A DNA stretch of 64,000 nt from IMG/VR virus record IMGVR_UViG_3300009031_000221, positions 224,001 to 288,000 of that record, one strand, 5' to 3'. The DNA comes from a virus. Lineage: Duplodnaviria > Caudoviricetes. The notes beneath the pieces were generated by a model. That model was not told the origin of the DNA. It worked only from the letters and a program-made list of their open reading frames with translations, and did no database searches. Below are positions 38,981-48,002 of this stretch, piece after piece (within the stretch, counting starts at the first letter, position 1; every line of letters begins with the position of its first letter). A program made the translations under genes and the position numbers.

Positions 38981-40726
38981 CTACTTCATCTTCAGTTTGA
39001 GCACCTTGTTGCCCTGGTATGCAACAAGGGATCCGGCATGCTTTGCCAGGATCATATCACTGGACAGGGCTTTGTCTTCCACCGTCTTGACGGACGGTGA
39101 CCCCTTACGTACGGAGAACATTTCGAGTTTGTCATCCTCGTTGAGGCAAATGCACACCCCGTTATCCAGTGTGACGAAGTTCAAGTCCATGAGGCTGCTA
39201 GGGACAACCCGCACGTCATAGGTGTCATCGGAATCGAACCGGAACACTTGACGATCGTACTTGCCTGCCTTTTCCGTAAGCACCATCAGGACGCCTTTGT
39301 CAAACTTGGCGTATACGATACGGAATCCGTCAAGTTCATTGACGCGAACCTGATGGGCGGATCCCGAATTCACGAACATGGAAACGTAAGTCGCCCCAAG
39401 CATGGATTGAATGGCCACGCCAGAGTACATATGCGTAGCGTGAGGCATGACATTTGCCACGGCCTTGGTAGATGCAATCACCTGTGCCCCAGCATCCGTC
39501 AGGATAACCTCATGGATCTGTTCATTCGTGCGGACGTAGATCCGACCGTCATAGGACATGGCATCTTTCACGTCCAAATCAAACGGGATTACCGCACGAT
39601 CGCTCAAGTTGTACAACATGAGCTTGGTTCCCTGTATCCCGCCAACCACCGCCCGATTGGCCTTATTGGTATGCCCACACACGGACACATGGCTAAATGG
39701 AACCGGGACAAGGCCATTGCCCAGATACACCTGGGTCGTTGTCGTCATGACGGGATTGCCCCCAGGAATCGTGCTGCCATACAACCCCGTAACAGGGAAC
39801 GGCAAGTCCCACAATTCCGAGATGTCGATGAGCGCTCCCATAATCGCTTTGACCGTCGGGACGAACATGATAACGCCCGTCATTCCCGCAGTGTGTGGGG
39901 GGATGCACCGCTTGCCCTGGACAAACATCGCTTCGTACCATTGCAGGTATTCACGGGGGATAGCGGTCAAGGGATAGGCGGAAGTTGGAACCCCAACTTC
40001 CGGATGCATGACTGAGATGTTCCCCTTCATGCGGCGCCGGGTGACGGCAAACGCATCATCATCCGGGTCTGTAGGAAGCTTGCCCCGGAATTCCGCTTTT
40101 GATCCGTGGTACTTGCCACGGTATGGATGGATGCCCATGAACATCTGGAAGGACAGGATGCCAAAGGAATACCAGTCCGACAGGGTCGTCCATTGGTGTC
40201 CCTGAACGGACCAATCCCGAATGGATTCCATGATTGCTTGTGTGGGGTAGCCCTTTGTCTGGTAGCTATCCACGTCGATGAAGAACACGTCATCGAACTT
40301 CTTGGGAACCATGAAGTTCATTTCGTTCAGGTCAACGATCAATGTGCCAGTTTGGTGAATGCCGTTGATGCTTTCCTGCATCTTGGCAACCAACTCAAGC
40401 ATCATGTCCTGGGTGATACCTTCCCGGTCACGGAAGGCACGCGGGAACAACTGGCATAGAGGATAACCCCCATCGATGAAACGCATCGTGTAGCCCACGA
40501 CAGCGCCCTTGGCGTCTACCAGCATGTCCTGTGGACGAATGACCCGGGGATCTTTGATGGCAGCAAGCTCATGGAACTTGCCAAGAGGGATCATCTTGGA
40601 AGGGTCGTGGTAGATCTTGTATGCCGTATGGCCCTTGACATAAACGGAACCTTCTCCCCCTTGGGCGAGGTAATCCTTTTGTGTCAAGTCAACGGTAATG
40701 CCTGACCCTTTGATGAATACCTTCAT
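38981..40726 (-). CDS. Protein kinase-like protein (TerY-triad type)
   Basis: AQGGEGSVY, AYKIY, IVDLNEMN, FIDVDS, DWYSFGIL.FQMF.GIHPY. Confidence 0.88.
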   Translation of the reverse strand: MKVFIKGSGITVDLTQKDYLAQGGEGSVYVKGHTAYKIYHDPSKMIPLGKFHELAAIKDPRVIRPQDMLVDAKGAVVGYTMRFIDGGYPLCQLFPRAFRDREGITQDMMLELVAKMQESINGIHQTGTLIVDLNEMNFMVPKKFDDVFFIDVDSYQTKGYPTQAIMESIRDWSVQGHQWTTLSDWYSFGILSFQMFMGIHPYRGKYHGSKAEFRGKLPTDPDDDAFAVTRRRMKGNISVMHPEVGVPTSAYPLTAIPREYLQWYEAMFVQGKRCIPPHTAGMTGVIMFVPTVKAIMGALIDISELWDLPFPVTGLYGSTIPGGNPVMTTTTQVYLGNGLVPVPFSHVSVCGHTNKANRAVVGGIQGTKLMLYNLSDRAVIPFDLDVKDAMSYDGRIYVRTNEQIHEVILTDAGAQVIASTKAVANVMPHATHMYSGVAIQSMLGATYVSMFVNSGSAHQVRVNELDGFRIVYAKFDKGVLMVLTEKAGKYDRQVFRFDSDDTYDVRVVPSSLMDLNFVTLDNGVCICLNEDDKLEMFSVRKGSPSVKTVEDKALSSDMILAKHAGSLVAYQGNKVLKLKMK

Positions 40727-40729
40727 GAT

Positions 40730-40966
40730 CTACTCCTCCAAATCGCCATTAGGGTCTTGAAGAGGGACTACCTCATCAAGGGCTCCCGCAAATGGGAGGG
40801 TGAGTTGCTTCGTTGGGATGTAATAGGTTGATCCCTCGCCGTAGTAGATATCCCAATCCTGATTGTTCCATCGAATATGAGGAGGAATGGGATCCTCGAA
40901 ATCTGCCCACTTGAAGATTCCTTGGCTGGAATCGACGAAAGGGATGTTATGCACATGCCAAGACAT
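40730..40966 (-). CDS. Hypothetical protein
   Basis: Operon ORF (MSWHVH...). Confidence 0.5.
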   Translation of the reverse strand: MSWHVHNIPFVDSSQGIFKWADFEDPIPPHIRWNNQDWDIYYGEGSTYYIPTKQLTLPFAGALDEVVPLQDPNGDLEE

Positions 40967-41345
40967 GACCAGTCCTTTCGCCCCGAAGACGCAAGTAAGC
41001 ATTGCGCTCATCCTCGATCAATCCCGTATTCCAACCCTCGATACCCATGTTCCGATCGATGGTATCCTGTGCCGCCTTGGGCAGGGACTCATAGTTCAGA
41101 GGGCGGCGCAGGGCCAGTTCGAAACTCAGGTGGTACTTGGGCGGCTGTGCGAGCGGCAACGCATGCGTGATGGTGTCGTTGACGTTCATGCAAACCCCTT
41201 GGCCCATCGTCCCATTCTCGTTGACTTCCTGGGCAGACTCCGCACCGGTCTTGATCAGGGTAATCCAGGCAGGGTGATCATAGTTCGAGAAGACATCTCC
41301 CCAACCCTGAAACCAAGTGCCGATTGGAAGGTCTTTGAAATTCAT
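40947..41345 (-). CDS. Hypothetical protein
   Basis: ATGA coupling. Confidence 0.6.
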   Translation of the reverse strand: MNFKDLPIGTWFQGWGDVFSNYDHPAWITLIKTGAESAQEVNENGTMGQGVCMNVNDTITHALPLAQPPKYHLSFELALRRPLNYESLPKAAQDTIDRNMGIEGWNTGLIEDERNAYLRLRGERTGHVLACA

Positions 41346-41644
41346 GGCGTGACCCCTTGCTTGGATTTCCATTCATCTTTGGTAGGCAGTTGCGCCTTCA
41401 CATCATCCGTGAGTTCCCCGACAGATGTGATACGGTTGTAGCATGAAAATTCCGGCATTGGGTTTTCCGCTTCACATTCCGGGCATGTGAAGCATACCTC
41501 TCGCTTTTGCCATTTCCAGAAGAGGAACCCTCGCGGGGCCTGCACGACGTAGATGTCTTCAACAACCACTTCCAACAGGGAAGTGCAATGATGGCATAGC
41601 CATCGTTCTCGCCAAACCGTGTTTTTCCCGCCGATTACTCTCAT
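41342..41644 (-). CDS. Zn-ribbon protein
   Basis: CHHC...CPEC; ATGA coupling. Confidence 0.65.
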   Translation of the reverse strand: MRVIGGKNTVWRERWLCHHCTSLLEVVVEDIYVVQAPRGFLFWKWQKREVCFTCPECEAENPMPEFSCYNRITSVGELTDDVKAQLPTKDEWKSKQGVTP

Positions 41645-42429
41645 GGGGTTTCCTCCGTTTCAATAAGGATTGCCCCGACTGAGAAATCATCGTAATGATC
41701 CCAGCCTTGGTTTTTGCAGTAGGAACCCAGGAACCGTTTGGCACGGCGTACCATGAATTCCCCCGCGTTTGATTGCACGGCAATCACTTGGGCCACGATG
41801 TCCTGAACTGAAACAGGGTCATGACCCTTGCGGAAGCTAACCATCCCATCCGTAGAAAGGACGGCAAGGTCGTATTCCGACTTATACAGGGACAAGGACA
41901 AACCATCCCGCGGCCTGCCTCGCTCTGTTGCGCCATTGGCATAGGTGATGATGGGTTGGTAATTGTCCAACTGCATGAAGGAGGCTTCTCGATCCAAGTC
42001 AATCATGTAGTTCGGGTAGAAAGGCGCACCGTTGGGGTACTCAACCTGAACGATTTCAACTTCCCCCGTCCGCCGGCGGCAAGCCAGCACGCCATCCCCA
42101 TACATATGAACTTGGATAGTATTTCCGTCAAAATGCTCATAGGCTACCAGGAGCGTTGCATCCAAGCAGTAGGAGGGCATGAGCATTGCCCCCGCCCAGG
42201 TTCGGGCTTGAGCAATGATGGATTCGATGTGGAAGGGGATGCCTTGGATGATGAAGTATTCCGCAGCCCGTACGAGGAAACGTGCCCCGATGTCCGTATC
42301 CTTGGAGGACGAACAACCATCGGACACAATGGCATAGGCACGCCCATCCTTGGTCTTGCCGGTACGGACGTAGTCCTGGCAAACCGTATGGGAAGAACCA
42401 ATTGCGAAGTATCCGTCAGCGTGCGTCAT
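41641..42429 (-). CDS. PP2C-like phosphatase (TerY-triad type)
   Basis: HTVCQDY, IVSDGCSS, GDG, LSTDG, DDFS. Confidence 0.88.
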   Translation of the reverse strand: MTHADGYFAIGSSHTVCQDYVRTGKTKDGRAYAIVSDGCSSSKDTDIGARFLVRAAEYFIIQGIPFHIESIIAQARTWAGAMLMPSYCLDATLLVAYEHFDGNTIQVHMYGDGVLACRRRTGEVEIVQVEYPNGAPFYPNYMIDLDREASFMQLDNYQPIITYANGATERGRPRDGLSLSLYKSEYDLAVLSTDGMVSFRKGHDPVSVQDIVAQVIAVQSNAGEFMVRRAKRFLGSYCKNQGWDHYDDFSVGAILIETEETP

Positions 42430-42604
42430 GATTATCCCCCTGCTTCTTTGCCTTCTCTTCATCGTAACGTTTCCGCAAATCCCTTGCATGTTGGCAATAT
42501 GGGCGTGCCCCGAAGGAATCGGTTTCCGGTTTCACATTGAAGTGCTGGCAAAGTTCCAGGTATTCTTCGGTATCATCTTCTACTACGGCTTGCCCACATG
42601 ACAT
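42416..42604 (-). CDS. Hypothetical protein, 62 aa
   Basis: Short operon ORF. Confidence 0.45.
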   Translation of the reverse strand: MSCGQAVVEDDTEEYLELCQHFNVKPETDSFGARPYCQHARDLRKRYDEEKAKKQGDNHDAR

Positions 42605-42616
42605 GATGTTTTCCTA

Positions 42617-43339
42617 TTAGTCTGTGCCTTGGAACCCATGGCGAATCCGCCGCCGATCCCGGCTATTCCACTTAGCGATGTCGTTCAAAGCATCTTGGGC
42701 GCTTGCCATGTCCGCGAACAATGCTTCTTCGGCACCGTCATCGTTCCCGTCAATTCGGACTTTGACGGGCTGCTCAACCGATGGGTACAAGGACACGTCG
42801 ATCTTGTACAAGGACTGCTCATACTTGGATCGCTCAAAGGGCGTCATTTCAGACAACGCCTCCGTCAGCATTTCCTCGGTCAATTGTGACCCTTGGCACA
42901 CTGTATCGCCGATCTTGCACAGGAGGCGTGCCTTGTACTTCTCGCCGATCCGGTACGGCAAGTTGTAGAACGACGTTCGATTCCGTGCTACCGTATGCTG
43001 GATGTTTTGAGCGGTCGTGGGCAGGTCATACGGCACAAGGTCGTCCATCCCATCCCAGTCTTCGTAGTCGGTATGCCCTTCCGCGATGGTAATCTCCCGA
43101 CGACCTTTACGAACTGTGTACGTGCTGTAGTCGGTGATGCTGACGCGACCATAGTTGCCCGGCCAAGCCCCACCCGGAACCCATTCGCCTTCGGGGAACT
43201 GCAGCATCAGTATTGTGTCGCTATCCCTTTCGGTCTGACGATCGAGGTATTCCAGCAGCTTCCCATCCGTGAGTTCCTGGAGGAACTTCTCACGGTATGC
43301 CTGGGGGGTCATTAGGCGGTCATTTGGAAGGTTTCGCAT
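42617..43339 (-). CDS. Hypothetical protein, 240 aa
   Basis: Long clean ORF. Confidence 0.7.
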   Translation of the reverse strand: MRNLPNDRLMTPQAYREKFLQELTDGKLLEYLDRQTERDSDTILMLQFPEGEWVPGGAWPGNYGRVSITDYSTYTVRKGRREITIAEGHTDYEDWDGMDDLVPYDLPTTAQNIQHTVARNRTSFYNLPYRIGEKYKARLLCKIGDTVCQGSQLTEEMLTEALSEMTPFERSKYEQSLYKIDVSLYPSVEQPVKVRIDGNDDGAEEALFADMASAQDALNDIAKWNSRDRRRIRHGFQGTD

Positions 43340-43340
43340 G

Positions 43341-43652
43341 CTAGGCCCCCTGAGTCACGCTGCCGACGATAGCGGGACGCCACTCAAGCAACTGCTCGCG
43401 GGTCAGCGAAACCGTCTTGCGATTCAGGCTGCCCACGCCAATGGTGACGATGAGCGGAGCCCGGTTGTTGTGGAGGTGCTTGTTGTCCGCACAAGCACGC
43501 TTGCGCTTCACGTCTCGTTCCTTGACGACGCCGCAGCGATGTCCGGTCTCCTTGGTCTGATAGCGGACGATATCGCCAGCCTTGATGTCCCGGAATTCCG
43601 TTTCGGACACGGGGAGCACTTTCTCAGTTGCGATGACGATACGGGCGTTCAT
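43341..43652 (-). CDS. Hypothetical protein (SH3-like)
   Basis: IKAGDIVRY; RBS GGAG. Confidence 0.65.
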   Translation of the reverse strand: MNARIVIATEKVLPVSETEFRDIKAGDIVRYQTKETGHRCGVVKERDVKRKRACADNKHLHNNRAPLIVTIGVGSLNRKTVSLTREQLLEWRPAIVGSVTQGA

Positions 43653-43696
43653 GGGATTCTCCAGGCAGGGATGTCGTTTGCCCCCTGCACACCCTA

Positions 43697-43724
43697 TCTA
43701 CGCTAGACTTTAGGAAAGTAAGTT
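43697..43724 (-). promoter_or_regulatory. Promoter motif copy 18
   Basis: CTTAC-N15-CGTAG. Confidence 0.75.
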
Positions 43725-44063
43725 CTAGGTCCAATGAATGACTGGGATGCCGTGAGTCCACTGTCCCACATTCGTATGATCCTTCTGGGTTGCTGTCCCG
43801 TCTACCACCCTATTGAACAATTCCTTCACCGGAGTGGGCGGGTCTACTACCACGTACTTGTTGGTGTTCGTAGCCGTTACCGTGGATACCGATGCAGTAG
43901 CTACCTGCTTGGTATAGACCACCCGGAGGCGTTGCAACTTCAGCTTTGGGCTAATTGCGAGTACGCGGTATAGAATCATTCCGTATTCAGCGGCAGTGTT
44001 GCCCTTGCCACCCGTAGCTACCCAGCTACCAGGATAGATCCCTTGTCCGATGAAGTCTTGCAT
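43725..44063 (-). CDS. Hypothetical protein, 112 aa
   Basis: RBS GGAG. Confidence 0.7.
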   Translation of the reverse strand: MQDFIGQGIYPGSWVATGGKGNTAAEYGMILYRVLAISPKLKLQRLRVVYTKQVATASVSTVTATNTNKYVVVDPPTPVKELFNRVVDGTATQKDHTNVGQWTHGIPVIHWT

Positions 44064-44080
44064 GGGATCTCCTCAGTATC

Positions 44081-44119
44081 TCCCATGGGGAGGCTCATGG
44101 CTGAGCCTCCCCATGGGGA
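44081..44119. terminator. Perfect 17-bp hairpin
   Basis: TCCCATGGGGAGGCTCA-TGGC-TGAGCCTCCCCATGGGA-type inverted repeat. Confidence 0.55.
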
Positions 44120-44123
44120 AGTG

Positions 44124-44870
44124 CTAGAAGGTCAGGGACTGCGATCCGCCGCCAGTGCCCAGAGCCTTCGACTGGCTGCTCATGCTGAGCGAGATGAATC
44201 CGCCGACCTTGGCGAGGGTCTTCTCATCCGCGTCACCAATGGCAACGTACTGCTGGAATCCCGCCTCATCCTTGAAGGCCTGGAGGTAGGAGTTCAGGGA
44301 ACCCGTAGCGCCAACGCCGATGAGGACGGACATCAAGGACTCGAGGGCCTCCGAGTGCGTGGCCTCCGCGAATGCATCCTTGCACATCTTCGCCGTAGAC
44401 CGGGACATGTTGTCCTCGCCGTCCGTGATAACGAAGATGGCGGCATTCACGGTGTAATCGTGGGACGACAACTGCTTGCCGTACTCGATGCAGGAATGCA
44501 CCGCCTCGTAAACCGCATCGTACAGGCACGTGTACCCGCCGGGGACGCAGGAATCCACGTAGTCCAACTCGTTGCAGTTCGGCAACGGCTTGAACCCGTG
44601 ATACTCCTTGAGTTGCGTATCGAACGTCACAACGCGAAGCATCATGCTATCGGCACGCGGGTTGAGGCGGCACGCCTTCACGATCTCGGCGAGGGCGGAT
44701 TCCATCTGCTTGCGGTAGCCTGCAGTGGAACCGGAAACGTCCACAACCACAACGCCAAGGGTGTACATCTCCGCGCCAAGTGCTTTGATATCCGCAGCAG
44801 TGAACGCGAAGGTCGAACCCCCGATATTGTGTGTTGCCATTGCAACACTGTCATCAACAAACTTGGGCAT
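44124..44870 (-). CDS. vWA domain protein (TerY-like)
   Basis: VVDVSGST, TCLYDA, ITDGEDN. Confidence 0.9.
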   Translation of the reverse strand: MPKFVDDSVAMATHNIGGSTFAFTAADIKALGAEMYTLGVVVVDVSGSTAGYRKQMESALAEIVKACRLNPRADSMMLRVVTFDTQLKEYHGFKPLPNCNELDYVDSCVPGGYTCLYDAVYEAVHSCIEYGKQLSSHDYTVNAAIFVITDGEDNMSRSTAKMCKDAFAEATHSEALESLMSVLIGVGATGSLNSYLQAFKDEAGFQQYVAIGDADEKTLAKVGGFISLSMSSQSKALGTGGGSQSLTF

Positions 44871-44941
44871 CTCTATTCTCCTTTCAATCATGTCCATAAG
44901 GCTTGGGGCAGAGCCTATCCCTACCCCAAGCCCTAGGAGAA

Positions 44942-45853
44942 CTAGGCCAGGAATTCAACCGTGGTGCTGGTCTTCATGCCCTTCTTGAGCATGTCCTGAA
45001 CGAACGCATCGCCGAGGAAATCGAACCCGCCCACGTTGGAAGTCGCATCCGTGAGGAGGACGAGCTTCTCAACGTACTTCGGGTTGCTGAAGCAGCTTGC
45101 GATGTCGCGGCCCGTGTTGGCAACGCAGTGCGAAAGCGCCTCGCCGCCCAAGGCGATGATGTCGGCCTCTTCCAGCGACGTGATCAGGTTGGTGTTGACC
45201 TGGGTCGAAGGGTCATTCGGATCAGGGACTTCCGCCTTGACTCCCGAAAAATGCTCCGTCCAGGGGTTGTTCCCCTTGACAACGTAGTTCACGCGGGCGA
45301 ACTGCTGGATCTCCCATTCGCACAGAGCCTTGGACAGTTCATCCACGATGCTCCAGCCCCAGGTACCGACAACGCAGTGGATCGGCCAAATGACGTGAGG
45401 GTAACGGCCCTTGAGCGCCAGCGCCTCCAGGTAGCCGAAGCTGCCCGTGCCCTTGTCCGAACCCGCCTTGCGAGCCGGGCCACCGCTATGCAGCATGGAC
45501 GGCAGGAAGGTCGTGTACTCCTCATCGGTGTAGACCGGGGCGCCCGTGCTGAAGTCGATCTTCACGATCCGCTTGCCGTCCGGGTGAATGCCCAAGGCGG
45601 TGAAGGGGGTCGGGAGGGCGCCATCACCCACGCGCTTCCACCAATTCGGGCGCTCGATGCCGATCGACTGGTGGGAGTCCAACGTGACGGTGATGTCATC
45701 GATGCGGGAGCCGAGGCGATTGATCATGGTGGCGAAGCGAGCGCAGTCCGCCGCAGCACCGGGAACAACCAAGGTTCCCTTGTTGCCATGACCGTCGTCA
45801 GCCACAACGAAATCCTTCTGAGGGTCAACGATAAAAACGTGCGTCTTCAACAT
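44942..45853 (-). CDS. pncA: Nicotinamidase (isochorismatase family)
   Basis: IVDPQKDF, TLDSH, IWP.HC..GTWG, KG.NP..EHFS, GEALSHCV, DATS. Confidence 0.88.
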   Translation of the reverse strand: MLKTHVFIVDPQKDFVVADDGHGNKGTLVVPGAAADCARFATMINRLGSRIDDITVTLDSHQSIGIERPNWWKRVGDGALPTPFTALGIHPDGKRIVKIDFSTGAPVYTDEEYTTFLPSMLHSGGPARKAGSDKGTGSFGYLEALALKGRYPHVIWPIHCVVGTWGWSIVDELSKALCEWEIQQFARVNYVVKGNNPWTEHFSGVKAEVPDPNDPSTQVNTNLITSLEEADIIALGGEALSHCVANTGRDIASCFSNPKYVEKLVLLTDATSNVGGFDFLGDAFVQDMLKKGMKTSTTVEFLA

Positions 45854-45904
45854 GGTATTTGTCCTTCTATCTATGTCCCCCGGAGGGGACTGTTGCTACC
45901 TGCT

Positions 45905-45933
45905 ATCTACGAGGATGTCCCGTAAAGTAAGCC
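45905..45933 (-). promoter_or_regulatory. Promoter motif copy 19
   Basis: CTTAC-N15-CGTAG. Confidence 0.7.
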
Positions 45934-45937
45934 TTGC

Positions 45938-47029
45938 CTAGATGCCGTAATCGGCGAAGTTGTCCGACAGGATGCCCTTCATAACCAGATCCGTACGGCA
46001 ACCCAACTGCGGGATGTTGGGATTGAGCTTGTGGCGGGTCTGCTTCTCGGCTTTGCGGGCACCCTTGAGCAGTGCCTCGAGTTGATCGTAGCCCAGCCCC
46101 GCATCCTTGAAAGCGTCACTGAAGACCGCACGACCCAACAAGTCCCGCATATCCTCCTGCGACAGGGTATCCCCGAACAGGACATCCTCGTTGGTCTTGC
46201 AATCCAGGATGATGTTCGAAACATTCTCATCCAGGAACCGGGCCACCCGCTCGATGGTGCCGATCTTGTAGACCTTGCCGGTGTCAGGATCGAGCTTGCC
46301 GTACGTGAACGCAGCGCCTGTCCAGTTCTTGATCTCCGACTCATCGTTGTGGGTGTCACCATTGCCCCACAGGTCCGCCGAAGGGATGGCACCGATGGTT
46401 TCCGCATAGGCAGCCTTGGCGCCCGTGTTGCCATTGTAGCCCTCAAGGGTTTCGCCCAGCTCGAAGCACAACTGGTAGACCTCGGCCTTCGAGAGCATCG
46501 CAATGGGGTTCGAATCCACTTCCCCATCGCCACCCTTCTGGTAGAAACGCAGGAAGCGATCCTCGCACTCGTTGCCCGTACCGTGACGAATGCCGCCACC
46601 CGTAATGCGGTTGTAGCCACGGCCAAGCGGGGCACGCAGGCACGAACGAACGCTACCCAGGATGGTCGGGTCGGCAGCGAGGCGGGCTTCAATCTCCGCC
46701 ATGTCGAATCCCGCCGCCTGCAAGGTGCGCTTGATCTCCGCAAGGATCGTGTTGTAGGACTCCGTGAAGTCGCCAACCGCCAACTTGCAACCCAAGGCAT
46801 TCGCAAGGCGAATCGCCCGGGCGGTCTGGACGGGATTGGAGTTGATGGCGAGGTGCGCCAACGTGACGTTCTCGGCACCCTGTGCAATCACGAGAAGTCC
46901 CGCCAAGGCAGCGGAATCGATGCCGCCGGACAAGTCCAACTCGGCACGCAAGATGCCCGCATCGGCATGCATCTTGCGAATGGCATGAACACGATTTTGC
47001 AATAGGGCTTTGGGATTCAAAACTGGCAT
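45938..47029 (-). CDS. nadE: NH3-dependent NAD+ synthetase
   Basis: LSGGIDSA, GTGNECE, FYQKGGDG, L.KAEVY, PSADLW...DE. Confidence 0.92.
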   Translation of the reverse strand: MPVLNPKALLQNRVHAIRKMHADAGILRAELDLSGGIDSAALAGLLVIAQGAENVTLAHLAINSNPVQTARAIRLANALGCKLAVGDFTESYNTILAEIKRTLQAAGFDMAEIEARLAADPTILGSVRSCLRAPLGRGYNRITGGGIRHGTGNECEDRFLRFYQKGGDGEVDSNPIAMLSKAEVYQLCFELGETLEGYNGNTGAKAAYAETIGAIPSADLWGNGDTHNDESEIKNWTGAAFTYGKLDPDTGKVYKIGTIERVARFLDENVSNIILDCKTNEDVLFGDTLSQEDMRDLLGRAVFSDAFKDAGLGYDQLEALLKGARKAEKQTRHKLNPNIPQLGCRTDLVMKGILSDNFADYGI

Positions 47030-47069
47030 GGGGCAATCTCCTTTTGTGTGGCGGTATTCGCCTTGTGTT

Positions 47070-47098
47070 AGCTACGCAGGCACTGGGAAAAGTAAGTC
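47070..47098 (-). promoter_or_regulatory. Promoter motif copy 20
   Basis: CTTAC-N15-CGTAG. Confidence 0.75.
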
Positions 47099-47990
47099 AC
47101 ATAGGGTGTAATGTTTTCACCTGAATCAGGGCAGGAGCCAACTCCGCAGCTTTACGGGCATTCGGATGGCTATCGGTAACGATGATCTGGTCAATGCATG
47201 ACTTGCGGAATTTTTCAACCGCATTCCCTACGAAGACCCCGTGAGTTGCGGCGCACCTAACAGTCAAGGCACCGCGATCCTTGAAGGCCTGGGCTGCTTT
47301 GATCATCGATCCACCCGTAGCAATCATGTCATCAAAGATGACCACATTGCATCCATTTACGTTATCGCCAAGGACGTTCAGGATTTTGGTTTCCGAACCG
47401 GACAGGCGCTTCTTCTCGATGTGTGCAAATCCAACGCATGCAGCATCCGCCAACTTCTTGGCCTCATACACACCGCCATCGTCTACCGTGGCATATACGA
47501 GAGGGTGGACAGGCTGATCCATCCGGGTACTGCGAATCGCACGCTCGAGTAATGGACGGTAGATCAGGTTCTTCGTGACAACCGGGCCTTCAAAGTAGTG
47601 GAGGACGAGATCCTTGTGGAGTTCCACGAAGTACAACCGGACGCCAGGGAATACATTGCCCAGGCCCGACCATTGACGGGCTTGGAACTTCGCCAGTGCC
47701 GCAAATTCGCCGTCTACCCGTTCGGAACGGGCATGGCGGAAGTAGGTGTTGATCACAGAGAAACGATGTGGCCCTTGGCTGGCAATCTCATACGCCGCTG
47801 CCAAGAACAGTTCCGATGCTGCAGCCGAAGAACATTCGCCAATCAAGCAGATTTCGTCGTCAGGGGAGATCATCGGAATGGATACCGCATTCTCCCCATC
47901 CGGGAAGGTCTTGATGACAACCCGGTTGTCGTAGCCAATGTTAGCCCCATAAGGGATCGAATCCGGCATGTAGATATTACGCAGTGCCAT
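47097..47990 (-). CDS. prs: Ribose-phosphate pyrophosphokinase (Prs or Adps-like)
   Basis: FPDGE, YF.HARSER, D.GG, EKKR, FDDMIATGGS, ATHGVF, TDSH. Confidence 0.9.
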   Translation of the reverse strand: MALRNIYMPDSIPYGANIGYDNRVVIKTFPDGENAVSIPMISPDDEICLIGECSSAAASELFLAAAYEIASQGPHRFSVINTYFRHARSERVDGEFAALAKFQARQWSGLGNVFPGVRLYFVELHKDLVLHYFEGPVVTKNLIYRPLLERAIRSTRMDQPVHPLVYATVDDGGVYEAKKLADAACVGFAHIEKKRLSGSETKILNVLGDNVNGCNVVIFDDMIATGGSMIKAAQAFKDRGALTVRCAATHGVFVGNAVEKFRKSCIDQIIVTDSHPNARKAAELAPALIQVKTLHPM

Positions 47991-48002
47991 GACGGTAGCT
48001 CC

